The notes under the pieces: generated by a model
Told to the model about the DNA's origin: nothing
The model's input: the letters and a program-made list of their open reading frames with translations, nothing else
Database searches by the model: none
Translations under genes and position numbers: made by a program
Part shown: piece after piece, positions 1-7,491 of the stretch
Numbering within the stretch: position 1 is the stretch's first letter
Layout: every line of letters begins with the position of its first letter
IMG/VR virus record: IMGVR_UViG_3300028591_000168
Coordinates: 1 to 64,000 of that record
Strand: one strand, 5' to 3'
From: a virus
Lineage: Duplodnaviria > Caudoviricetes
Length of the DNA stretch: 64,000 nt

Positions 1-42
1 GGACTCCTGGGAAGTGATATCAGGATATCACAAGATGGATCC

Positions 43-126
43 ACAGGTGCGCTCGGTCGTAAAGTCGGGGCTTAACAGGTGCGCTCGGTCGTAAAGTCGG
101 GGCTTAACAGGTGCGCTCGGTCGTAA
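43..126. repeat. 32-bp tandem repeat, 2 full copies plus a 20-bp partial copy
   Basis: ACAGGTGCGCTCGGTCGTAAAGTCGGGGCTTA starts at 43, 75 and 107 (partial); no spacers. Confidence 0.95.
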
Positions 127-293
127 GGCGGCCGGCAAAAACTTGGCCACTCCCGTGTTCTACCGATCGCACAGGTTGCGCGCAGATCGTACAGGTGGCA
201 CAGGCGGCAAGACAGCCTTAATCCCGTAACCAGGGTATCGTCATACAAACGATGACTTTTTGTTGGTTACAAGGAAAGGTTGTTGATGCCTGT

Positions 294-311
294 CAGGAAA
301 GAGTTTTGATC
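294..311 (-). promoter_or_regulatory. Class I upstream motif (GATCAAAACTCTTTCCTG on -), copy 1 of 7
   Basis: CAGGAAAGAGTTTTGATC on +; recurs at 766, 1163, 1577, 2184, 3253, 3531. Promoter function is inferred. Confidence 0.55.
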
Positions 312-420
312 AAAAGAAACAAGGATATAGGAAAGAAAAAAGAAAAGGAAAGAAAAAAAAAGAAGAAGAGAGAGACGAGGATAGCTCCGTCAAGGTGCGA
401 AGCTTTCTGTGATATCACGA

Positions 421-714
421 TTACTGGTAGAGCCAGATCTCCTCCAGTGTTGCGATACGGTTTTCTTTGTTGTCGTAAGCAACCCACGCGTCAGCTTCCT
501 TGCGGAAGTTAACGACGTGGAAAATCTCGTTGTTGTCAGTCCAAACCACGACTCTGTGGTTATCGTAGCTGCTGACAACCTGATCGAGCAATGCCAAGGT
601 GGCTGCTTTCATAGCCACGCAGGGCAACTGTGCAATGGCGTCAACGCAATGGCCGTACTTCTCTCCGAAGTCGGTCATAACTTTAACGTAAAGGGCTTTG
701 AAAACTTTCAACAT
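421..714 (-). CDS. hypothetical protein (97 aa)
   Basis: ATG with GAAAGGT RBS, downstream of the class I motif at 766-778. Confidence 0.75.
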   Translation of the reverse strand: MLKVFKALYVKVMTDFGEKYGHCVDAIAQLPCVAMKAATLALLDQVVSSYDNHRVVVWTDNNEIFHVVNFRKEADAWVAYDNKENRIATLEEIWLYQ

Positions 715-829
715 AAGATATCAACAACCTTTCGATTTTTTAGCGGCCTACTGGCCCTGTTGGTGAAGAGTTTTGATCAAAGCAAAAGGCTGAGAACAGC
801 GACGATTGCCCCTGCTCTCAGCCTGAAAC

Positions 830-1126
830 CTACCGAGTTGTTGCGTGCCACACCAGCTCTGTCGAACTGGTCACGTAGTCATTCCAGCCGTCATTCGGCG
901 TGTAAATGACGTAAGCGCCGTCCGACAACTGCTTTACTTTCACGACTTTGTTGTCCACGATAATGCTGCCGTCGAGGAACACTGCCTCGATAGCCTGGCA
1001 GATATCGTCGACAACAATCTGATCGACTTCGTCGTCGCCAACGAACCGCACTGCCTCGTAGTAGGCCTCGGTCCCGACGAACTTTGTGTTGCTCAAGATC
1101 AGATCGGTAACTTTTTCCTTAGTCAC
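830..1126 (-). CDS. hypothetical protein (98 aa, GTG start)
   Basis: GAGGTG RBS before GTG at 1126; the track start at 1186 runs through the upstream motif. Confidence 0.7.
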   Translation of the reverse strand: MTKEKVTDLILSNTKFVGTEAYYEAVRFVGDDEVDQIVVDDICQAIEAVFLDGSIIVDNKVVKVKQLSDGAYVIYTPNDGWNDYVTSSTELVWHATTR

Positions 1127-1162
1127 GGATATCACCTCGTAAGAATATTTTTGAAGCCTTCT

Positions 1163-1201
1163 AGGAAAGAGTTTTGATCCTGCCAAAGGCAGGGTTTGAT
1201 C
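1163..1201 (-). promoter_or_regulatory. Class I motif with GATC-flanked hairpin
   Basis: AGGAAAGAGTTTTGATC-CTGCC AAA GGCAG-GGTTTGATC. Confidence 0.6.
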
Positions 1202-1265
1202 AAAAAAAAGAAAAAGTAATGTGATATCATAGCACTGTCATAACGCAGGCTTTCTGTTGTAGAAG

Positions 1266-1532
1266 TTAGCGGCGGAAACGGCGCAACGCCTTCTGAACCG
1301 ACTCGATAACGATTGCGGAGTAGAACATAGCCTTATAGCCGACTCCGCAGATGTTTATGAGCCAGTTAATGACGTCGACCGGAATTTCTCCGTCGACTTC
1401 GGCGAGCTTTTTGACTTCGTGCTCGCCGTTGACGAGCATATAACCGAAGACCTCGTGTTTCTCTTCGGTGGTGACGTTCTCGATACCGAGTACGAAATCG
1501 TCACCTATTTTAAGTTCTTGGGTTGTTGCCAT
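1266..1532 (-). CDS. hypothetical protein (88 aa)
   Basis: GGAGG RBS, ATG, class I motif 45 nt upstream. Confidence 0.8.
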   Translation of the reverse strand: MATTQELKIGDDFVLGIENVTTEEKHEVFGYMLVNGEHEVKKLAEVDGEIPVDVINWLINICGVGYKAMFYSAIVIESVQKALRRFRR

Positions 1533-1576
1533 TGATATCAGCCTCCAAAAGAAAGTTTTTGACCTTGTTGGCCTTC

Positions 1577-1614
1577 CAGGAAAGAGTTTTGATCCGCCGC
1601 AGGCGGTTTTGATC
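1577..1614 (-). promoter_or_regulatory. Class I motif with GATC-flanked hairpin (GCA loop)
   Basis: CAGGAAAGAGTTTTGAT-CCGCC GCA GGCGG-TTTTGATC. Confidence 0.6.
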
Positions 1615-1625
1615 TCTTACCCCGG

Positions 1626-1664
1626 ATAGCGGACCAGTTTAAAGTCGTAACCGCTATGGGACTA
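1626..1664 (-). ncRNA. H-type pseudoknot motif, copy 1 (long S2)
   Basis: AGUC/GACU plus AUAGCGG/CCGCUAU, loop UUAAAC; about 8 nt after the stop at 1672. Confidence 0.6.
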
Positions 1665-1671
1665 TGGGTGA

Positions 1672-2148
1672 TTACTCGGCAATACTCATAGTGAGTACTG
1701 CCAGTTCCTCAGCAGTCATTTGTTGCTGCTGGGGTGGTTGCCGCTGTTGCTGGGGCTGCTGCTGTTGCGTTTGCGGCGGCTGTTGTTGCTGCTGAGGCGG
1801 TTGCTGTTGGGACTGCTGTTGCGGCTGGGGCTGCTTGACTGCTTGCCAGCTGCCATTGCTTTGCAGCTGGAAGAATTCGGGCTCGATGCCCGCGCTGGCC
1901 AGCAACCTGAGCTGGTCCGCAAGGACACCGGCGTTCATAATGAACTGGCCGTCGGGGCCTTTGACCGAGATTGCCTGCGCGAGCAGTTGGTGTGCAACAC
2001 CGTAGGCGTGAAGGCTGTAACCTGCGTTCTTGATCAGGCCGAACAGCCATTCGCCGCCCTCTCCAAATTTTGCTACGCCGTACCCGGTGCCGCGCATTGC
2101 GCCGCCACCGAGATATCTCGCGCCATTTATGGGATTCAACAATGACAT
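1672..2148 (-). CDS. hypothetical protein with Gln/Pro-rich C-terminal tract (158 aa)
   Basis: ATG at 2148 after AGGT RBS; QPQPQQQSQQQPPQQQQQ tract. Confidence 0.8.
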   Translation of the reverse strand: MSLLNPINGARYLGGGAMRGTGYGVAKFGEGGEWLFGLIKNAGYSLHAYGVAHQLLAQAISVKGPDGQFIMNAGVLADQLRLLASAGIEPEFFQLQSNGSWQAVKQPQPQQQSQQQPPQQQQQPPQTQQQQPQQQRQPPQQQQMTAEELAVLTMSIAE

Positions 2149-2251
2149 AGTTTTATACCTCCCGTGAAGTTTGTTGTGCCTTTCAGGCAAGAGTTTTGAT
2201 ATCAAAGAGCGACCGACGATAGCTGCGTGCCGGTCGCTCTGATATCAGGAT

Positions 2252-3202
2252 TCAGAATGTTACACTAACGTGCGTGGTCTTCGTGACGTCGAGCAACTTG
2301 TACTCGGGCGTGAAGTCATCACGCTTCAGTGTGCAAATTGTTTCGGCATTAAGCTGCAAACGAATCAGCAACTTAGTCGCTGTGCCGTTCGCGGGCTTGA
2401 ACTGTGCTTCTTCGGGCACGGGTTGTCCGTTCATTACGGCTACCCGCTGCACTGCCCAAAGTTTGTTCAGTTCTTCAGCCGTAACGGTGACTTCGGTTCC
2501 GCCTTTCACGATTTTGCACGTGCGCGGCGTGAAAACCGAAGTCTTTTCGCCAACGGTTTTGACGTGCACTACGACTTCTCCGGTCATTGCCGGATATTCG
2601 TAGCACTTAAGATTCCGGTTCGGAATCTCACCGCTGACAACATTAACCTTGTCGCCGTCTTTCGGCGCCCGAACTGGTTTTTGTTTTTCGACAGCATTGA
2701 AAAACCAGTTAAAGATGTTACGCGTCTGTGAAAACGTGACGCGTTTAAACATTTCATTCCTGCGCAGCGCGTCGAACAATGCGACGTACGCTGCCTTAAA
2801 TTCGTCGCTGTTGTCGTACGCAAGGAACTTGCGTTTGTCCAGCTCGGCAACGACGTCGCTGACGTCGGGATTGCGAGCGGCGAACCAAATCGCCTTCGCC
2901 TTAATTGCGACGTCGGTGGACACTGCGATATCAGCGCCCGGCAGATCTTCGCCTGCGTCGACGCGATCAGCAAGTTTGTTGACGAAGAACGTAAGCCCTT
3001 TCAGGCTGCGCAACGTCTTAACTTTTGCCGCCGTGCCTTCGTCGTTAGCGAAGACAACGGGTTCACCGTTCAGAACGGTGATCGGGTCGCTACCTTCGTC
3101 GCTGACGGTAGCGAAGGGGATTTGCGTTACGCACGCGTGATTCCCCTTGTCGTCCACTCCGGTGAACGACGTGATTTGTGCGAAAATCTTGCTGTTTGCC
3201 AT
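2252..3202 (-). CDS. hypothetical protein (316 aa)
   Basis: Long ORF, GAAAGGAG RBS, class I motif upstream. Confidence 0.85.
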   Translation of the reverse strand: MANSKIFAQITSFTGVDDKGNHACVTQIPFATVSDEGSDPITVLNGEPVVFANDEGTAAKVKTLRSLKGLTFFVNKLADRVDAGEDLPGADIAVSTDVAIKAKAIWFAARNPDVSDVVAELDKRKFLAYDNSDEFKAAYVALFDALRRNEMFKRVTFSQTRNIFNWFFNAVEKQKPVRAPKDGDKVNVVSGEIPNRNLKCYEYPAMTGEVVVHVKTVGEKTSVFTPRTCKIVKGGTEVTVTAEELNKLWAVQRVAVMNGQPVPEEAQFKPANGTATKLLIRLQLNAETICTLKRDDFTPEYKLLDVTKTTHVSVTF

Positions 3203-3252
3203 TTTGGTTGGCTCCTTTCGGTTTTTGGTTTATTTTTTTGGCTTATGCCTTC

Positions 3253-3292
3253 CAGGAAAGAGCTTTGATCCTGCTGAAGGCAGGGTTTGATC
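3253..3292 (-). promoter_or_regulatory. Class I motif with GATC-flanked hairpin (GAA loop)
   Basis: CAGGAAAGAGCTTTGAT-CCTGCT GAA GGCAGG-GTTTGATC. Confidence 0.6.
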
Positions 3293-3304
3293 TCTTACCC
3301 CAGA

Positions 3305-3344
3305 AATGGCGAAACAGTTTAAAGTCGTAATCGCCATTGGACTA
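3305..3344 (-). ncRNA. H-type pseudoknot motif, copy 2 (long S2)
   Basis: AGUC/GACU plus AUGGCGA/UCGCCAU, compensatory to copy 1; loop UUAAAC. Confidence 0.6.
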
Positions 3345-3356
3345 TTGCTGCTGATA

Positions 3357-3485
3357 TCAGGGCATGGGAATAACTGCTGCGGCAGCGTTAACTGCTGCAA
3401 CTGCTTGCCCGATCGCAGTTGCAATGTTGTGAAATGCTATGTAACCGCCGATCGCGCCCAGTATCATACCAAGCAAAGACCTCAT
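3357..3485 (-). CDS. small hydrophobic protein (42 aa), not in the ORF track
   Basis: GAAAGGTGG RBS; MRSLLGMILGAIGGYIAFHNIATAIGQAVAAVNAAAAVIPMP*. Confidence 0.7.
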   Translation of the reverse strand: MRSLLGMILGAIGGYIAFHNIATAIGQAVAAVNAAAAVIPMP

Positions 3486-3530
3486 GTGGATTTCACCACC
3501 TTTCAGTGTTATCAGCCTGTTGTGGCCTTT

Positions 3531-3568
3531 CAGGAAAGAGTTTTGATCCGCCGAAGGCGGGTTTGATC
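3531..3568 (-). promoter_or_regulatory. Class I motif with GATC-flanked hairpin (GAA loop)
   Basis: CAGGAAAGAGTTTTGAT-CCGCC GAA GGCGG-GTTTGATC. Confidence 0.6.
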
Positions 3569-3689
3569 ATTATTGCAAGTACGGTATGATCTAAGGAAAG
3601 GTATCCCTACTGCTGAAGCCCCTTGTGTCTACCGTAGGGTAAAAGGGACAGCAGGCATTGCCGTCCCCTTTCACCGTAGGTGTCACAAT

Positions 3690-3712
3690 AAAAAAATCCC
3701 CGTAGGGGGAAG
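3690..3712 (-). terminator. intrinsic terminator after the 1190-aa gene
   Basis: On -: TTCCCCC TAC GGGGAT followed by a T run. Confidence 0.6.
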
Positions 3713-3729
3713 TTATGAGCGACCGTTGA

Positions 3730-6700
3730 TTATTCCTGAAAAGATACCAACTTGTCGTCGTGTTTTTCGAGACGGACCGTAACAGTATCGCTGCCCATGC
3801 TGACAGGCAACGTAACGAACACGTTACCGTCATTGTCAACTATGACGTCCTTAATGTACACGTCGCAACCGAGATTGTCGCAAATTTCGTTCAGGCCTTT
3901 GACAAACGCATCCTTGTCGGTATCGAAGAAAAAGCCTGCCAAGCAGCAGAGATTGGTTTGCGCCTGTTCGAAGATCTCTTTGTTGATCTCGTTGACTTCT
4001 TGTTCGCTTTGGAGAGCGTTGGGTCTCTTCACTTCAACTTCGTAGTATTTTTTGACAAATTTCTCGCTGCCGTACACCTTGTACCATTTTTCCCACGTTT
4101 CGTCGTCAGGATCTTCGTAAACGGCAAGTACGACTTTGGGCGTTGTGGAAACGATATCCCCCTTGTCTTGAACGTCAGGCGTCTTCTCTTCTTCGGGGAT
4201 AAGTTCTTCCTGTTCTTCTTCTTGATCGCCTTGATCTTCTTGTTCTTCTTCTTGATCGTCTTCGTCGTCTGCCTTGTCGTTCTGTTTGCCATTGACTATC
4301 TCAACAGCTTCCTTGCCGCTTGCGAAGCAGAATCCCTTGGCGCTGAACTTGGGCTTGTTGTCCTTTTTAGGAGCAGTGTCGTCGTCGGGAGTGTTATCGT
4401 CCTGCGGATCTTCGGGATCTTCGGGATCGTCATTGTCTTTGTTGTCTTTGTTGATATCAGATTGCGGATCGTCGGTAGCTTCAACAGCAGGTTCTTCACC
4501 GCCGTCTTCTACTTCGGTATCAGCAGTGATATCACCAGGCACAGTCGGTTTGTCCTGCTCATTCTGTTCACCCTGTTCGTCCTGCTGATCCTGTTCACCA
4601 AGGTAGAAAGCCTTGACTTCTTCGATAAAGGCAGCGAAGGACAAGCCGCGTTTGATAGCCGACGTAACGCTGCAGCCCAAGAAAGATCTGGGGATACCCG
4701 CCTTTTTAGCCTTGGTGCCGTCAGCAGCAGCGATAAGATCGTAGCGTGCTTGTTTGATCTCGACAACCATAGCAGCCACGTCAGCTACAGACAGGTTCTT
4801 GTCGATCAAGGCCTGGATATTGAGGCCGTTGAAGACACTCGGCATACGACGTGCCTTCTTGCTTTGCTTAACACCAGTGGTCGTGTTCTGTGCTGCCGCA
4901 AGCTCTGCTCTCAGCGCAACGATTTCTGCGTCTTTTGCCTTGATATCGGCTTTGAGTTGCTCAAGCTCTTCGCTGCGGCTCATCGTGCCAAGGTGATATA
5001 CAGTGGCGTGCTCTTCGCAAAACTCTCTGTACATCTTCTTGACCTGGTTCTGAGTTTCTGCGCAGAAAGTGGTAACGTAGAAGTAAGATCCTTCTTTGTT
5101 ACCTTCGATATGGCGCTTGTCCCAATGCCCCATGTCGCAAATCCAGCATTTAATGTCGTCTTGTTCTTCAATCTTCTTCTCTTGGAGAAGAATCTTTTTG
5201 ACGATCTTTGCTACTACCACTTTCGGGTGCTTCAGCGTTCTGAAGCTGAAGTTCGGAATGATATCACGTGCCGTAGCGTCGTCGACAACAACAGAGAACA
5301 CACCTACGTGTTCCCCGTTAATGGCGAATGCGCCGCAGCAACGGACAGCGCCGTTGATCTTGTTGAGATCCCAGGTTTCGCACCCGGTCAGAGCGCTTTC
5401 GCAAACGGGCGTGACCGGAGTTATTACCAACAACGGTTTAACCATAACGAAACCGTCGCCTTTCTCCACGACACCGAGGCTATACTTATTAACTACAGCC
5501 GCGCGCTGAATAGTGTGAGTGCCGAATGTTCTGCTGAAGATATCCGGCTCTTTTTTCGTCTCGTCCTTCTTTTCGGCAGCAGTTCCCTTGGACGACGGAA
5601 CGTTGACTTCGAAGCCAGCTGTCAACAACGCGCAGGAAAGTGCCGCAACGTTGTCGGGGTTAACACGGACGGTAACGACCTGTCCGTTGTTTTTGATCGC
5701 GTTCATAACGTTTGTGACGCTATACGCGACAATAATGACGCCTGTGTTCGGCATTTTGATATCCGGATCTGCGTTAATGTACGTGTTCCGGAAGTTCCGG
5801 TTCGTGTCGAGCGGGTTCAGGGCGCCGCTGATAATGGTGATTCTTCTCATTGCTTTCTCCTCCTCTTTGTTGCTGTTGCCGTTGTTGTTGAGATCCTGAT
5901 TTTTGTCCATATTGTTTTCCTCCTTATTGTTCTTCTGCCATTCGCCGTCGACCCACACTTTTGTCGTAGTGGGCCAATCTTTGATAGCGCTAAGAATGAT
6001 CGGGTGTACGATTTTCCAGTCAAGGTGCCCTTTGCCTGTTCCCAATCGCGGAATCGCTACCGAATCGGGTTTGTTTTTGCAAATCCAGGCAGTCAGCAGT
6101 TTGAGAGAACTTTCGATCAGCGGATAATAGCTGTCTCTTTTGAAGTGAACCTTCGTTGCTAAGTTAGCAACAGTCACGTCACCTTTTTGCCAAACGTTCA
6201 GCCATCCGTCTTTGCAGAATATGTCGGTAGCGATATCAAGATCTTCGTCAGAGATATCTTTGTTGATACCGCTATTTTCGCATTCGGCTTTATAGTCTAC
6301 GAGCATAGCGGGGAAATTGTCGGCGAACTGTTTTGCCAAACCTGCTCCCATTACGCCGCAAACGTTGACGGGGTTAACCAGCACTTGCGCGTTGGTTTCA
6401 AATATGTTTTTAGTGTCTACCAATTGTCTTATTTCGTTGCTGCAGTGACTTTTGCAGTTAGCGCAGTCACCTTGACACTCGTTGCCTTCGTGTCTTGCTG
6501 CTTGATAGCAGTAAAGGCACGCGTGCGGGCACTGCTGCCCCTTGTGTTCCAACAGCTCGAATTTGTTGGCAGGGCACATGCACCGCTTCCGCTGAGGGTT
6601 GGATCCGGGCGGCATCATTTCTGAAACGGGTATCCCGAACAGAATGAAGTCGTCCTCACTGATACACCCTTTTTTGTGGTGACGGGGCACGTCACTTTCT

Positions 6701-7302
6701 GCGCAAGCACCGAAAACGCACCCCTTTTTTTCCATATCCAGCGTAAACTGGACGAACTCTGCTACCAGCGGGTTGTGCATCGAGCAGTCACCCGCTTGTT
6801 GCGTGTTCATTTTGGTGCCCAACTTCTCTGACGCTTCTTGCATTTTTCCCCCTATGAGAGAGTAAACGTCGGCGAAGCTGTAACGAAACCGACGGAACCC
6901 TGCGTTAAAGGCAGTCGTCACGATTTCTTTTGCAACGTCGATTGATTGCTCTTTCAGCACAAAAATGTGCGCCGGCACAATGGGGTCTACCCTGATCACA
7001 ACGTGATCCTTCGGGAAACCCTGGTTGCAGAACTCTACGAGTTTTTGGAAGCGTTCTCTCCATTCCAGAACTCCACGTTCCAGGAAGGTGTTGCCCAGTC
7101 CCGTTATAGTAGCGTGCAGGACGTACTTTTCCGGGTGAGCCAGCAGCTCAGCTTGCCCTTTGCTCGACAGGCATCCTTTCGTAACGATTACGGCTGCGGG
7201 GCAGATACCTGCCTGCATTTTGGGGATCCACTCTTCGTGCCAGGTGGGATCGCCGTCCTCGGTAATACCGATTTTTACTATTTCTTTCATTTCTTTTTCC
7301 AT
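3730..7302 (-). CDS. multidomain protein: DUF1848/radical-SAM-like N-terminus, DarG-like macrodomain, unknown domain, acidic region (1190 aa)
   Basis: IVTK, LHATITGLG, VIRVDPI and CPHACLYCY motifs; NPVNVCGVMGAGLAKQF...ATK...SVAIPRLGTGKGHLDW macro motifs; AAGGAGG RBS. Confidence 0.75.
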   Translation of the reverse strand: MEKEMKEIVKIGITEDGDPTWHEEWIPKMQAGICPAAVIVTKGCLSSKGQAELLAHPEKYVLHATITGLGNTFLERGVLEWRERFQKLVEFCNQGFPKDHVVIRVDPIVPAHIFVLKEQSIDVAKEIVTTAFNAGFRRFRYSFADVYSLIGGKMQEASEKLGTKMNTQQAGDCSMHNPLVAEFVQFTLDMEKKGCVFGACAESDVPRHHKKGCISEDDFILFGIPVSEMMPPGSNPQRKRCMCPANKFELLEHKGQQCPHACLYCYQAARHEGNECQGDCANCKSHCSNEIRQLVDTKNIFETNAQVLVNPVNVCGVMGAGLAKQFADNFPAMLVDYKAECENSGINKDISDEDLDIATDIFCKDGWLNVWQKGDVTVANLATKVHFKRDSYYPLIESSLKLLTAWICKNKPDSVAIPRLGTGKGHLDWKIVHPIILSAIKDWPTTTKVWVDGEWQKNNKEENNMDKNQDLNNNGNSNKEEEKAMRRITIISGALNPLDTNRNFRNTYINADPDIKMPNTGVIIVAYSVTNVMNAIKNNGQVVTVRVNPDNVAALSCALLTAGFEVNVPSSKGTAAEKKDETKKEPDIFSRTFGTHTIQRAAVVNKYSLGVVEKGDGFVMVKPLLVITPVTPVCESALTGCETWDLNKINGAVRCCGAFAINGEHVGVFSVVVDDATARDIIPNFSFRTLKHPKVVVAKIVKKILLQEKKIEEQDDIKCWICDMGHWDKRHIEGNKEGSYFYVTTFCAETQNQVKKMYREFCEEHATVYHLGTMSRSEELEQLKADIKAKDAEIVALRAELAAAQNTTTGVKQSKKARRMPSVFNGLNIQALIDKNLSVADVAAMVVEIKQARYDLIAAADGTKAKKAGIPRSFLGCSVTSAIKRGLSFAAFIEEVKAFYLGEQDQQDEQGEQNEQDKPTVPGDITADTEVEDGGEEPAVEATDDPQSDINKDNKDNDDPEDPEDPQDDNTPDDDTAPKKDNKPKFSAKGFCFASGKEAVEIVNGKQNDKADDEDDQEEEQEDQGDQEEEQEELIPEEEKTPDVQDKGDIVSTTPKVVLAVYEDPDDETWEKWYKVYGSEKFVKKYYEVEVKRPNALQSEQEVNEINKEIFEQAQTNLCCLAGFFFDTDKDAFVKGLNEICDNLGCDVYIKDVIVDNDGNVFVTLPVSMGSDTVTVRLEKHDDKLVSFQE

Positions 7303-7331
7303 TGTGAAAACCTCCTTATAAAGTAACAGTT

Positions 7332-7488
7332 TTGATATCAACACAAAAAGACAGAACAATCATAACAGTTACACAGAAGATAACTTCCAATAGTTTGGGA
7401 CCTTAGCTGACGGCCACTCAAACTCTTTGCTATAACTGATATCTGCGTAACTGTTACTCTTGTTCTGTCTTTGTTGTGTTGATATCAA
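7332..7488. other. 157-nt long imperfect inverted repeat (rod-like hairpin)
   Basis: TTGATATCAACACAA-AAAGACAGAACAA ... TTGTTCTGTCTTT-G-TTGTGTTGATATCAA; inner TAACAGTTAC/GTAACTGTTA. Confidence 0.85.
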
Positions 7489-7491
7489 GGA

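Noticed and set aside
60-110. Additional twister in the terminal repeats (UAAGCCCC on -)
   Set aside because: Lacks the GGGUCY P4/L4 5' half and the UAA-P2 segment
43-126. CRISPR array
   Set aside because: Repeats are head-to-tail with no spacers; no cas genes in the window
3760-6162. 800-aa + strand ORF and other long antisense ORFs (e.g. 7675-8397, 10874-11851, 25856-26737)
   Set aside because: They mirror RBS-led - strand genes that carry recognisable motifs. They have no RBS and an F/V/L-rich shadow composition
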